Positions 30,753 to 41,535 of a stretch of 61,453 nucleotides of DNA are shown here, piece by piece. The translations under genes and the position numbers were made by a program. Each line of letters begins with the position of its first letter. Positions within the stretch are counted from its first letter, which is position 1. The notes beneath the pieces were generated by a model. It made no database searches. It was not told the DNA's origin and saw only the letters and a program-made list of their open reading frames with translations. Source of the DNA: Minisyncoccota bacterium (GTDB lineage: Bacteria > Patescibacteriota > Minisyncoccia > JAHIHE01 > JAGLIN01); NCBI GenBank assembly GCA_023142595.1, contig JAGLJF010000027.1:1-61453 (forward strand), in the 5' to 3' direction.

Positions 30753-31826
30753 ATGGTAAATTTAATGTGTGTGTTGGGTGAGCCAGCATTCGAAAGTCTA
30801 ATCTCAATGATAGACAAAACAGAAATACTTGCACCTTCGGGTCAAATCAAGTTATGCAGAGACATATGCCTGGAATCAAATAATGATTCTGAGTTATTAT
30901 TAGATACTCTTCGAAAAGAATATCTTGCAATTGTTTTTGCATTGAATGAAATGGGTATTGATTTTCGTATAATCGTATCACATCTTGATGACATAGACAA
31001 AAGCATAATGAATGTTTCTAATGAAATATTGAACATTAGAAATGTTGGATTTCCAGAAAACTTCCCTGCATTTCTGTCGTCCTACCCTCGAGATTTGATG
31101 GTACAGTTTCCAAATATTGTCTTTTTCAATTCAAGACTTGGAAAATTGGGAATCAGAGAAAGAAATGGTTGTCGAATTAGGATGTCTCCATACGGAGAAG
31201 GTGGTAGGTCATTAATCTATGGCAAAATCATGTTAGTCTGTGATAGAATCTCTCAGGAAAATAAAGAAAATTCCAGCAGTCCTAGGCTTAATGGATTTAA
31301 ACAATTGGGGATTGAATATGGGCTTCTTCCATCCTTTCTATCTGCAAAAATAAATCTAATCAATGAAAACGATAACTTATTGTTTTTAAATGATCATGTT
31401 GATAGATTTGCTTGTTTACTTGCTGGAAAAGACGGTAATCTGAATCTTATCGTAGATTCAAATATTATTACAGGAAAGGTTTTGGAAAAAAAGAAGGGAA
31501 AAAATGGTTTAGAAGTTATATATCCAGAAGAATCTTTGCAAAACATTGCAAAAATATGCAATGAAATGGGCATTAAACTTCACTGTCCAAAAAAGTTATC
31601 AATTCCTTATGTATTAAATTTAATGCAATTCCCGAATGGAAAGGTTTTGATGACAAGCGGTGATGAAGAAGTTTATCGAATAGTCGCCAAGATAGTTGGC
31701 GAAGAAAATGTGGTTACAACGGAGGTACCGATAAGATATTTACCTGTTTATGCAAATGCAGGTATAAGGTGTATGATAAATTATATACCAGAAAAACTTT
31801 TAAAACTCAACCCCATGATTTCTTAG
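30753..31826 (+). CDS. Pentein (amidinotransferase/arginine deiminase superfamily)-like protein
   Basis: SYPRD, GEGG, DHVD and C-terminal AGIRCM match the pentein catalytic motif order. Confidence 0.6.
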   Translation: MVNLMCVLGEPAFESLISMIDKTEILAPSGQIKLCRDICLESNNDSELLLDTLRKEYLAIVFALNEMGIDFRIIVSHLDDIDKSIMNVSNEILNIRNVGFPENFPAFLSSYPRDLMVQFPNIVFFNSRLGKLGIRERNGCRIRMSPYGEGGRSLIYGKIMLVCDRISQENKENSSSPRLNGFKQLGIEYGLLPSFLSAKINLINENDNLLFLNDHVDRFACLLAGKDGNLNLIVDSNIITGKVLEKKKGKNGLEVIYPEESLQNIAKICNEMGIKLHCPKKLSIPYVLNLMQFPNGKVLMTSGDEEVYRIVAKIVGEENVVTTEVPIRYLPVYANAGIRCMINYIPEKLLKLNPMIS

Positions 31827-31920
31827 GGAATCATGGTTTTTATTTTGACAATTTTAATAACTTATGTTATTTTAAAATTGAAATAAAAACAGTTCTTTGA
31901 GAATATAATAAAAGGATAAG

Positions 31921-32565
31921 GTGAAACGAATGTGTAAAGGAAACGCAACTTGCAACGGTCGTTGTGGTAAAGGAGGGACATTTTTGTCCTCCACAATTGA
32001 GAAAAATGGACATGAAAAGAAAAAAGCTCAAATAAATCCAATAAATTTTCAATTAGTTGGAGAGTGGGCTTGTCAAATGTTAAAGTTGCTTGAGAAAAGT
32101 AATATTGAAGGATCTGTAATTTGCAAAAAAATAACAGGAGAAAGCATTAATGATTCTTTTGAAATTTTGATAAAGCAACTTAGAGAGCAGGAACTTATTG
32201 GATGGAGTAATATTGAAGGTAGTAGTTTATATGAGCATGAGATTTTCATAACACAAAAAGGTATATGCGTATTGAATCAAATTTTAGAATCTGTTGATTT
32301 TAAAAGAAGATTCATAGTGTTGATTGTACTTCTTTGTAATAATGGATATCTAACAGGGGGGTATTTAGAGAAAGGCTTAATGAAATTAAATTGTTTTGAG
32401 TCAAAAATGAAAGTTTGGAATGTCTTGAGCATGTTGAGGAACAATAATTTTCTTACTGATAACTATGAAGGATACACAAATGTTGAAGGTAGCTTTTGCG
32501 ATCTATTGACATTAACAATAGAGCCTGGTCAAGATATAATTAGATTCTTAATGAAGACATCATGA
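31921..32565 (+). CDS. Hypothetical protein, Cys-rich N-terminus, possible winged-helix domains
   Basis: 214-aa ORF with its own promoter, SD and terminator; ITQKG wing-like motif; likely start is ATG 31930. Confidence 0.55.
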   Translation: MKRMCKGNATCNGRCGKGGTFLSSTIEKNGHEKKKAQINPINFQLVGEWACQMLKLLEKSNIEGSVICKKITGESINDSFEILIKQLREQELIGWSNIEGSSLYEHEIFITQKGICVLNQILESVDFKRRFIVLIVLLCNNGYLTGGYLEKGLMKLNCFESKMKVWNVLSMLRNNNFLTDNYEGYTNVEGSFCDLLTLTIEPGQDIIRFLMKTS

Positions 32566-32746
32566 GCGAAATATAAAGCTTATGATGTATTTTTTTAAAA
32601 AATAATAAGGATTAATTATTTTAAGAGTTATTAATATTATTGGCAAGCATGAGATTTGTTATTATTCTCTGAAAAGAATCATAATATGATCCTTAAAAAT
32701 ATAAAATAAAAGAATTGATAATGAAATTATCGGGAGATTGATGTGA

Positions 32747-33334
32747 ATGATATTAAAGATATTGAAATTATTATTTGGAATCGAATACCTTTTTCTTTTC
32801 AGTCAGAAAAAATTAAAAGAAAAAATTAAAGCAGAATTAAGAAATCTAGATATAGTAATAAACGAAGATCATACTTTGGCTTCCAGGGATATTTCTCCGT
32901 ATTATCTTGATATTAAAAAATCTTTTGGTTATCCAAAGTTTTTAATATTATACAGTATTTATATTGCAAAGTATGTTTACAAAAAGGAATATACTTGCGT
33001 AGCTGTTTCAGGGTATGGTGGAATTCCATTAGGTGTAATCCTTTCTGTTTTTTTAGGAATTAATGTTTCTTATATAAGAAACAGTCTTAAAAATCATGGA
33101 AAAATAGAAACTCATATGGATGGATATGTTCCAGATATATTAGACAACATTCTTCTCTTAGATGATGTTTTTACAACTGGAGGAAGCTTGAAAATAATGG
33201 TTGATATAATAAAAAAGGAATCAAAATCAAAAATTGGAGCAGTTTTTGTTTTAGTGAAGCGTGACGAGGGAATTTTGCCAAAAGTATATGGAATGGAAGT
33301 TAAGCATCTTTTAACTTCGGGGGATTTGGTCTAG
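32747..33334 (+). CDS. Orotate phosphoribosyltransferase-like PRTase
   Basis: LAS..ISPYYLD, RNSLKNHG, LLLDDVFTTGGS PRPP-binding loop. Confidence 0.8.
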   Translation: MILKILKLLFGIEYLFLFSQKKLKEKIKAELRNLDIVINEDHTLASRDISPYYLDIKKSFGYPKFLILYSIYIAKYVYKKEYTCVAVSGYGGIPLGVILSVFLGINVSYIRNSLKNHGKIETHMDGYVPDILDNILLLDDVFTTGGSLKIMVDIIKKESKSKIGAVFVLVKRDEGILPKVYGMEVKHLLTSGDLV

Positions 33335-33464
33335 AAATAGTAAAACCAAAGTTCCTCCTTTTTTATTTTTTATAAATTTAATACTTAATAAATTTTCCAC
33401 TGGATTTTAATAGTTATGTGTTATATTATTAGTATAATAATGATAAATTTATAATCTACTAGTC

Positions 33465-35426
33465 ATGAAATTCAAATTGCAATCAAAATTTAAGCCAGAC
33501 GGGGATCAGCCTGTGGCGATTAAGGAATTATATAAAGGTCTGAAAAAGGGAAACCGACATCAGACGCTTTTGGGTGTGACGGGATCTGGGAAGACTTTTA
33601 CGATTGCAAATGTCATTGAGAAAATTCAAAAACCAACATTGGTGATTGCGCATAACAAAACTTTGGCAGCACAATTGGTGAGTGAGTTTCGGGAATTTTT
33701 TCCAGACAGTGCAGTGGAATATTTTGTTTCTTATTATGATTATTATCAGCCAGAAGCATATATGTCTTCGACAGACACATATATTGACAAAGAAGTTCAG
33801 ATTAATAAGGAGATTGAAAAACTGAGACACAAGGCAACTGCGGAACTTCTTTCTCGAAAAGATGTGATTGTTGTTTCCTCTGTTTCTTGTATATATGGAT
33901 TGGGTTCGCCAGATTCTTATCGAAATGAGGTTCTGTTTATTAGCAAGGGATTGTCAAGCAATCGCGAAAAAATTATTGGGCAGCTTGTTGATATGCATTA
34001 CACGCGCAGTGAAGTTTTGGAAAGAGGGAGATTTCGGGCGCGTGGTGATGTAATTGAAGTTATTCCACCGGGAATTGAAAATATAATTCGGATTGAACTG
34101 AGCGGTGAGAAAATAAAAAAAATTATGGAATTTGATGGAGTTTCGCGGAAGAAAATTAAGGAACATTCTGATTTTATGTTTTTTCCAGCTAAGCATTTTA
34201 TTGTTGAAGATGGATTATTGGAAAAATCGTTGGGAAAAATTGAGAAAGAATTGGAAGCAAGATTAAAAATTTTTCAAAAAGAAGGGAAGTTGTTGGAAGC
34301 TGAACGACTCAAGAGAAGAACAAAATATGATTTAGAAATGATTCGAGAAGTGGGATATTGCAATGGTATCGAAAATTATTCAAGATATCTTACTGGTCGG
34401 AAAAAAGGAGAACCTCCATTTACTTTGATGGATTATTTTCCAAAAGATTATCTCACGGTTATTGATGAATCTCATGTGACAATTCCACAAATTAGGGCAA
34501 TGTATGCTGGTGATCGAGCACGAAAGAATAATTTGATTGATCATGGCTTTCGTTTGCCATCAGCATTTGATAATCGTCCTTTGAAGTTTGATGAATTTAG
34601 CGGGAAAGTTAACAATGCAATTTATATTTCTGCCACACCAGCAGATTATGAAAAGAAAATCTCAGATCAAATTGCAGAGCAAATTATCAGACCGACGGGA
34701 CTTGTCGATCCTGAAATTGAAGTTAGACCAATTGAAAATCAAGTAGATGACTTGGCAAAGGAAATTGGAATTCGTGCTAAGAAAAAGCAAAGGATTCTCG
34801 TGACGACTTTGACGAAAAAGATGGCAGAGGATTTGGATGAATATCTAAGAGATATGGGGATTAAATCAAACTATTTACACAGCGAGGTTGATACTTTGGA
34901 TCGAATTCGAATTCTTGAAGAATTACGAAGAGGAAAATTTGATTGCTTGGTAGGGGTAAATCTTCTTCGAGAAGGATTAGATTTGCCTGAAGTGACTTTG
35001 GTTGGAATTCTTGATGCTGATAAGGAAGGATTCCTTCGAAGCGAAACATCACTAATTCAAACAATTGGAAGAGCTGCTCGGAATGTTTCTGGAAAGGTGA
35101 TTATGTATGCTGATAATATGACAGGATCAATGACAAGGGCAATAGGAGAAACAAATCGAAGGAGAGAAAAACAGATTGCGTATAATAAAGCTCACGGAAT
35201 TACGCCTGTTACAATTCAAAAGAAAATCAAAAGCATTGTTGATCACGAAATTGAGCCGAAAGTTTCTGAGGAATATTTGAAAATTGAGAGTTTTGAAAAT
35301 ATTCCAAAAATAATCAAAATGAAAGAAAAAGAAATGAGGAAGTTTTCTCAGGAATTGAAATTTGAGCAGGCGGCGATGTTGCGGGATGAAATTTCAGAAT
35401 TGAGGAAATTGGAGAAAAGGTTTTAA
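33465..35426 (+). CDS. uvrB: Excinuclease ABC subunit B
   Basis: [40 protein letters not shown]-terminal UVR domain. Confidence 0.98.
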   Translation: MKFKLQSKFKPDGDQPVAIKELYKGLKKGNRHQTLLGVTGSGKTFTIANVIEKIQKPTLVIAHNKTLAAQLVSEFREFFPDSAVEYFVSYYDYYQPEAYMSSTDTYIDKEVQINKEIEKLRHKATAELLSRKDVIVVSSVSCIYGLGSPDSYRNEVLFISKGLSSNREKIIGQLVDMHYTRSEVLERGRFRARGDVIEVIPPGIENIIRIELSGEKIKKIMEFDGVSRKKIKEHSDFMFFPAKHFIVEDGLLEKSLGKIEKELEARLKIFQKEGKLLEAERLKRRTKYDLEMIREVGYCNGIENYSRYLTGRKKGEPPFTLMDYFPKDYLTVIDESHVTIPQIRAMYAGDRARKNNLIDHGFRLPSAFDNRPLKFDEFSGKVNNAIYISATPADYEKKISDQIAEQIIRPTGLVDPEIEVRPIENQVDDLAKEIGIRAKKKQRILVTTLTKKMAEDLDEYLRDMGIKSNYLHSEVDTLDRIRILEELRRGKFDCLVGVNLLREGLDLPEVTLVGILDADKEGFLRSETSLIQTIGRAARNVSGKVIMYADNMTGSMTRAIGETNRRREKQIAYNKAHGITPVTIQKKIKSIVDHEIEPKVSEEYLKIESFENIPKIIKMKEKEMRKFSQELKFEQAAMLRDEISELRKLEKRF

Positions 35427-35511
35427 TGTGGCAAGCCGTGTCTTGATAAATTACTGATATAATGTTAGAATAATTTAGTAATTTTATTAAACGATTAAGT
35501 TTTAAATATAT

Positions 35512-36633
35512 ATGTCAAAAGATTATTATGAACTTTTAGGTGTTTCAAAAGATGCTAGTGATGATGAAATCAAGAAGGCATTTCGTAAGGCTGCCCATAA
35601 ACATCATCCAGACAAAGAGAGTGGCGATGAGGCGAAATTCAAGGAAATAAATGAAGCTTATCAAGTTCTTTCGGACAAGCAAAAAAGAGGTCAATATGAT
35701 CAATTTGGATCTTCTTTCGATCAAGCTGGAGCTGGCGGAGGACAGAGTCATGGTGGATTTGATTTTTCTGGTTTTCAAGGCGGAGGTCAAAATGGATTCA
35801 ATTTTGAATTCGGCGGAGATGGTGGAGGATTTGGAGATATCTTCGGTGATATTTTCGGTGGCGGAAGGGGTCAAGGTCAGAACCAAAATCAAGGAAAAGG
35901 AAACGATGTATCTGTCGATGTCGAAATTACTCTTGAAGAAGCGGTGGTTGAAACTGAAAAAGATATAAATATTTTTATATCTTCTTTGTGTTTTGTGTGT
36001 GATGGAATTGGTGCGGAGAAAGGTAGTAAAGTTGAATCTTGTAAAACTTGTGGTGGTTCTGGTCAAGTGACAAAACAGAGGAGGACAATTTTGGGAACTT
36101 TTGCTCAGAATGAAATTTGTCCAGATTGTCAGGGGGTGGGAGAAACTTTTAATAAAAAATGTTCAGCTTGTGGTGGTGACGGGAAAACAAAACAAAACAA
36201 AACTATCAAAGTCAAAATTCCTGTGGGGATTGCTGATGGACAGACAATTCGTCTGTCTGGTCAAGGTGAAGTTGGTTTTCGTCCTGGAAAAGGAAACTCG
36301 ATTGCTGGAGATTTATATATTACGGTGCGCGTGAAGCAACATTCTCTGTTTGAAAGGAAGGGCGATGATATTATATATAATTTACAAATATCTATTTCAC
36401 AAGCCGCGCTTGGAGACAAAATTAATATTCCGACATTGCAAGGAGAAGTAAAATTAAAAATTCCTTCAGGTATACAGAGTGGAAAGATAATCAAATTAAA
36501 GGAGAAGGGAATCACTCATCTTCAAGGACTAGGAAAAGGAGATATGTTCGTTGTTGTTCAAATTGCGATACCAGAAAAACTTTCCAAAAATCAGAAAAAA
36601 TTATTTGAGGAATTAAAAAAAGAAGGAATTTGA
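35512..36633 (+). CDS. dnaJ: Chaperone DnaJ
   Basis: J domain with HPD, G/F-rich region, four CxxCxGxG repeats. Confidence 0.98.
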   Translation: MSKDYYELLGVSKDASDDEIKKAFRKAAHKHHPDKESGDEAKFKEINEAYQVLSDKQKRGQYDQFGSSFDQAGAGGGQSHGGFDFSGFQGGGQNGFNFEFGGDGGGFGDIFGDIFGGGRGQGQNQNQGKGNDVSVDVEITLEEAVVETEKDINIFISSLCFVCDGIGAEKGSKVESCKTCGGSGQVTKQRRTILGTFAQNEICPDCQGVGETFNKKCSACGGDGKTKQNKTIKVKIPVGIADGQTIRLSGQGEVGFRPGKGNSIAGDLYITVRVKQHSLFERKGDDIIYNLQISISQAALGDKINIPTLQGEVKLKIPSGIQSGKIIKLKEKGITHLQGLGKGDMFVVVQIAIPEKLSKNQKKLFEELKKEGI

Positions 36634-36867
36634 GTATTCCTTTTTTTGTGTTATAATATCAATAGCAGTGTTAATTGAATTTAGCTAAGTTATAATTAAT
36701 AAGTTGTTGCTCAGGCTACTTCGTTTTTTATATTCGAAGAGGTTATATTTTAATCGAGCTATACTTTTTTAGTTTATTTTTTAAAATAAATTTTAGATTT
36801 ACTAAGAAAGACAAAAATTGTGTTTTTTAGAGATTTCTAGATAATAAAAAATGTTAATTAAAAAAAA

Positions 36868-38472
36868 ATGGAAAATGGAAATGAAAATGAAAAAATAAAT
36901 AATGATGAAAATGTTTCTGAATCTTCTATTGTTTCCGAAACTATTTCAGACAAAGCTATAAAAGTCTTAACCGATGATATTTCTAGTAATAAAGATTTGC
37001 AAGACGCTAAAGTGGAAAAAGACGAAATGGAGAGAAATCCAATGAAAAATATTTCAAATAATATTAGCGCAGAATCAAATGGTATTGAAAAGAAAATATT
37101 TTCAAATAAAATAGAAAGTACTTTTCCTTCTGGTAAAAACAAGAAAAAAGATCTTGGATTATATATTGTTGGTTTTATTCTTTTTTTAGTTTTGGCTGGA
37201 TTTGTTGCATATTATTTTGTTTTTAATGATAAAGATGATAATTTAGAAGAAGACACAAGCTATTCTCAACAAATTATTAAGTCTTCTTTTGAAGCAATGG
37301 GGGGAGTTGAGTCATATAATTTTGACGGAAGAGTTGATGTGGATATGAAAATTAAAAATGAGATTGGTGAGATTTCAGAAAATTCAATTAAAATAAACAT
37401 TAGCGGAAGTGAAGATGAAAGCAGTGAGGATTATCCAAAAGCTTCTTATAGTTTTGAAATGGATAGTGATTTTGAGGTTAATCAAAAAAGAACTTCTTTT
37501 TTTGTAGATTTGAGCATAATGAGTTTTGGAAAAGGCGAAGAAGCTGAGATATATATGAATTTAAAAGAATTAGACTATGAAGTATTAGAGTCAATCTCAG
37601 AGATTCAGATAGACTCTTTTAAAAACAAGTGGTATGAATTAAGGATAAAAGACCTAAAAGATATGGGACTTGGAGTAGAATTATTTGACACCTTGGACGA
37701 TTCAGAAGAAAGTAAATTTGATATCAAAGATATCTATGAAAAATATAGTTTTTTTAAATTTAAAGATGATTTAGGAGATGAAAAATTAAGAGATATTGAT
37801 GTTTATCATTATAGCGTTGAGGCTGATAGTAATGAGCTCGTTGATTTTTATATTGATCTTTACAGAACTCAAGGTATTTTAGCAAAAGAAAAAGAAGAGA
37901 TGTCTTCCGATAATAGTTCAACAGAAAAACTTGAAGAGATGGTTTCTAAATTTGAGGAAAATTATAAATATAGAGATATTATAAAAGATTTTGTAAAGCA
38001 AGCAGAAATTGAGATGTGGATAGGAAAGAATGATAATTTGATTTATAAAATAAAGATTAATTTGGAAATGGATGAAGATTTTCTCAAGGAAATGGAAAGA
38101 AGAATGGACGAGATTGAGGATGATTCTGACGATAACTCAATGAATTCTAGCGAAGAAGCAATTTTCTATAGTATAAATGTAGAACTAAATATGTCTGAAT
38201 TTAATCAGTCGCTTGTCATAGAGAAGCCGAAAGATTATGAAAATTTGTTTATGGTTTTAATGAAAAGCTTTATGAGTGGTTCTTCAAGTTTAGTAGATTC
38301 CGATGGAGATGGTCTAACTGACGATATGGAATCTGTGTATGGAACTGATGTGAATAATCCTGACACTGATGGAGACGGATTCAATGACGGAGATGAGATT
38401 GACGGAGGGTATGACCCTTCGATTCCCGGAGCAGCAAAGTTTAATGTAGATGATTTTTTGGGTATAAAATAA
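36868..38472 (+). CDS. Single-pass membrane protein with C-terminal Ca-binding DxDxDG (TSP3-like) repeats
   Basis: Disordered N-terminus, one TM, DSDGDGLTD..GTD.NNPDTDGDGFNDGDE. Confidence 0.75.
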   Translation: MENGNENEKINNDENVSESSIVSETISDKAIKVLTDDISSNKDLQDAKVEKDEMERNPMKNISNNISAESNGIEKKIFSNKIESTFPSGKNKKKDLGLYIVGFILFLVLAGFVAYYFVFNDKDDNLEEDTSYSQQIIKSSFEAMGGVESYNFDGRVDVDMKIKNEIGEISENSIKINISGSEDESSEDYPKASYSFEMDSDFEVNQKRTSFFVDLSIMSFGKGEEAEIYMNLKELDYEVLESISEIQIDSFKNKWYELRIKDLKDMGLGVELFDTLDDSEESKFDIKDIYEKYSFFKFKDDLGDEKLRDIDVYHYSVEADSNELVDFYIDLYRTQGILAKEKEEMSSDNSSTEKLEEMVSKFEENYKYRDIIKDFVKQAEIEMWIGKNDNLIYKIKINLEMDEDFLKEMERRMDEIEDDSDDNSMNSSEEAIFYSINVELNMSEFNQSLVIEKPKDYENLFMVLMKSFMSGSSSLVDSDGDGLTDDMESVYGTDVNNPDTDGDGFNDGDEIDGGYDPSIPGAAKFNVDDFLGIK

Positions 38473-38545
38473 TATTATTATTCTAAATAATTTAATAGCA
38501 CATAAAGGTCGAATTCATTCTTAATTAATTTTTAATTTTAAAATT

Positions 38546-39298
38546 ATGTTTGAACTTATTTTATTTTATCTGATACTGACAGTAATATTTATTTTACTGA
38601 TCAGTATAAAACAGATTAATGAATATGAAAGAGGTATTAAATTTCAAATTGGAAAATATATTGGAATGATGGATCCAGGGTGGAGAATTGTTATTCCTGT
38701 TTTTCAATCTTATCAAAAAGTTGATATTAGAGTGAAGGCGGTTGATGTTCCAGATCAAGATGCAATCACAAAAGACAATGTTTCTTTGAATGTTAATGCA
38801 GTTCTTTATTATAAAGTTGATAATGCAGAGTCTGCAATTTTGAAAGTTGAATATTTTGATTATGCAGTTTCGCAACTTGCGCAAACAACTATGAGAGATA
38901 TAGTTGGAGAAGTGAGCCTTGATGAACTACTTTCCAATAGAGATGAAATTTCACTTCGAATTCAAGAAATTGTAGACAAGGCGACAGATCCATGGGGAAT
39001 CAAAATTGTTTCTGTGGATTTGAAACATATTGAGCTTCCGGAGAATATGAAAAGAACTATTGCTAAACAGGCTGAAGCAGAAAGAGAAAAAAGAGCTGTT
39101 ATTATTAAGGCTGAAGGAGAAGTGGTGTCGGCTGATAATATGGCAAAAGCGGCAGGAATTTTGGCTTCATCGCCAGGAGCACTTCATCTTCGAACTCTGC
39201 AGTCTTTGAATGATCTTAGTTCTGATCAATCAAATACAGTAATTTTCGCTGTGCCCCTTGAAATTCTAAGAGCTTTTGAAAGTAAAGCGAATCAATAA
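38546..39298 (+). CDS. SPFH/stomatin (slipin) family protein
   Basis: ITKDNVS, AQTTMRD, WGIKI, KQAEAEREKRA, ALHLRTLQ. Confidence 0.95.
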   Translation: MFELILFYLILTVIFILLISIKQINEYERGIKFQIGKYIGMMDPGWRIVIPVFQSYQKVDIRVKAVDVPDQDAITKDNVSLNVNAVLYYKVDNAESAILKVEYFDYAVSQLAQTTMRDIVGEVSLDELLSNRDEISLRIQEIVDKATDPWGIKIVSVDLKHIELPENMKRTIAKQAEAEREKRAVIIKAEGEVVSADNMAKAAGILASSPGALHLRTLQSLNDLSSDQSNTVIFAVPLEILRAFESKANQ

Positions 39299-39424
39299 TT
39301 ATATATTATATGGATTATGCCAGAGCTTTTCAAAGAGCTCTGGCTAGTCGTTTGTAGGTTTTATATTATAGGTATTGCCTTGAAATAAAAAATGTGATAT
39401 AAAGGATAGGTGTTAGATAGTCGG

Positions 39425-39497
39425 GGGGTGTTAGCTCAGTTGGTAGAGCAACAGCCTTTTAAGCTGATGGTCACAGGTTCGAGTCCTGTACGCCCCA
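39425..39497 (+). tRNA. tRNA-Lys(UUU), CCA not encoded
   Basis: GGGGTGT/ACGCCCC acceptor, GCTC-AGTTGGTA-GAGC D arm, CTTTTAA anticodon loop, ACAGG-TTCGAGT-CCTGT T arm; followed by CAA. Confidence 0.95.
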
Positions 39498-39503
39498 CAA
39501 ATA

Positions 39504-39535
39504 AAATACACTGCGAATTTTCGTAGTGTATTTTT
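39504..39535. terminator. Bidirectional terminator between tRNA and MFS gene
   Basis: aaaatacactgcgaa-ttttcgtagtgtatttt hairpin. Confidence 0.7.
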
Positions 39536-39560
39536 AAATATCAATTATGTATATATTGGA

Positions 39561-40720
39561 TTATTTTGACAATAATGGATATAAAAGAGTTGAAATGGCT
39601 GCAATTAAAAATGTACTAACAAATGGTAAAAAATCAATATAAAAGATTATCATAATTATTGGAAGGACAATAACTCTACTTAAATTAAAAATAATTTCTC
39701 TTGTAACAATGAAATTAAAATATTTTTCCTTCAATGCCATGTTATATGATTTTGCTGACCATGGTGTATAAAGAAGCTTTTGAGTTATGTTTTTATATAG
39801 ATCAGCAACAAAAACTCCGAAAGGATTGTGTGCAAGAATTTTTCCTATCCAGCTTATGAAATATAAAAATGTCCCCGATTTAATAAGTTTCGATTTTGTT
39901 TGTTGGTCAGTCTTTCCTCCTATGTAGTAAAAAGTTATAATTGAAATAAGAAGCGTAAAGCCTATTAATGCTCCGACTTTTTCTGTTGCTACTAATATCA
40001 AAAGAAGAAAAATGGGCCAAATTGTTCTTTCAATAATTGACTCAATGGCATATCCTGAAAAACTTAATATTCTAGGTCTGTTTTCTTTTTTTGTCACATA
40101 TTTGAAAATTGATTTTGAGCTTATTTTAATTTCTTTATGGATGTCTTTTGTCATAAAAAGTGGCAGAGTGCTGAGCAGAAGAATGAAGAATCCGATTACA
40201 AACAAAACATTAAATCCGTAATAAATAATTATAAATCCCGCAAGAATAGGAGCAATCGCTGTTGATATATTTGTTAGAATGCCAAGAGAAGAAAGTTCTT
40301 TTCCTCTCGTTGAAGCATTTGAATGTTCAATATAGTTGAGGTGAAATCCATAGTTATATAATATTGTTCGTAGAGAAAGAATAAGTGGAAGAATTATAAA
40401 AATTATATTGGAGTATGATATAAAATTCAATCCTAGATAATATAATGCAAGAAATGGTGTAGACAGTAAAATTGAATGCTTTGCTCCTATTTTTGAAACG
40501 ATTTTTGCTCCCCAAACGGAAAATAATACAAAATATAAGCTGACTAAGAAATAATATAGTATAATCTTTTGAATTGAATATTCAAGCTGATATAGATAGA
40601 TGGGGACAAAAATTTCAATTAGTCCTTCAGAAAACTTCATGATAAAAACAGAAAGATATATTTGATTTATTTCTTTTTTTGCAAGAAGTCGTGTAGTAGA
40701 TGTGGGCAGTGATGTGACAT
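39561..40720 (-). CDS. MFS transporter with a frameshift in its 5' A-tract
   Basis: Multi-TM ORF 39561-40640; upstream ATG at 40720 (MSHHCPHLLHDFLQK) joins it after a -1 shift at the A7 run 40674-40680. Confidence 0.75.
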
Positions 40721-40878
40721 TTTTTGAGTTTTATTTTTTTATATATTTATTATAGTGGTTGTATAGTTTTTTGTAAATTAGGGTTTATTATTGACAGATT
40801 ATTTTTGGCATGGTATTAAGAGTGTAATGTAACTTTGAAAACTGAATAAAATAAAAAGATAAAGTGGAGGAGATAAAA

Positions 40879-41481
40879 TTGAACAAAGGAAACAATGAAG
40901 AAAACAAAAACATTCTTTCGATAGTGTCTGTGATAATATTTTTGATAACAGCAATAGTATTTACCCTCTTTTTCCTTCCAGGAGAAAAAGAATCTGTTAT
41001 TTTAAGTCTTGATGAAAGATGGAATATTGGTTTTGAGATGGAATATGACGAATATAATAATATACCACTAATAGAATTTGACTATAATGGTATTGTTTAT
41101 TCGACTTTTCCAAATAATAATAAAGTGGGTACTTTACCGAAGTTTCCACATAAAGTGTTATTGGAAAACATAATTAATGTCTCCGCAAGTGATTCTGTAA
41201 CAAGTTATCAAAATATGTATACAACACAGAATCATGCATTTGCTGTATATGCAGTGGAGGTTAACGGAGAAATTTATTATACAAGGGAAAAAATTTTTCC
41301 AGAACAAGTATTTTATGATATGACTTCTGAGCTGATTGATCAGAACATGCTAAAAGTAACATTTAACCCTAGTTGGTTTTGGTTTGTTGTTGGAAATAGC
41401 ATTGTAAGCTTGGTGATTGCTTTTGTGTGTACGGTAAGTGCATCATTAGTACTCCTAGTAAAACAAAAAAAAGGGCAATAA
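40879..41481 (+). CDS. Hypothetical membrane protein (N- and C-terminal TM)
   Basis: ORF with two hydrophobic segments; GGAGGAG SD before TTG 40879; TTGACA promoter at 40791. Confidence 0.65.
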   Translation: MNKGNNEENKNILSIVSVIIFLITAIVFTLFFLPGEKESVILSLDERWNIGFEMEYDEYNNIPLIEFDYNGIVYSTFPNNNKVGTLPKFPHKVLLENIINVSASDSVTSYQNMYTTQNHAFAVYAVEVNGEIYYTREKIFPEQVFYDMTSELIDQNMLKVTFNPSWFWFVVGNSIVSLVIAFVCTVSASLVLLVKQKKGQ

Positions 41482-41535
41482 TATAAGTCCCTTTTCTTTT
41501 TTTTCAAAAATTTCAAAATATGTTACAATAAAATT

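Noticed and set aside
35545..36066. Antisense ORFs such as this 173-aa one, and those at 1071-1493, 41758-42147 and 54392-54808
   Set aside because: Shadow frames of well-supported genes with no recognisable motifs
39425..41500. tRNA-Lys as an integration site for an island
   Set aside because: No integrase and no duplicated tRNA 3' end seen in the window
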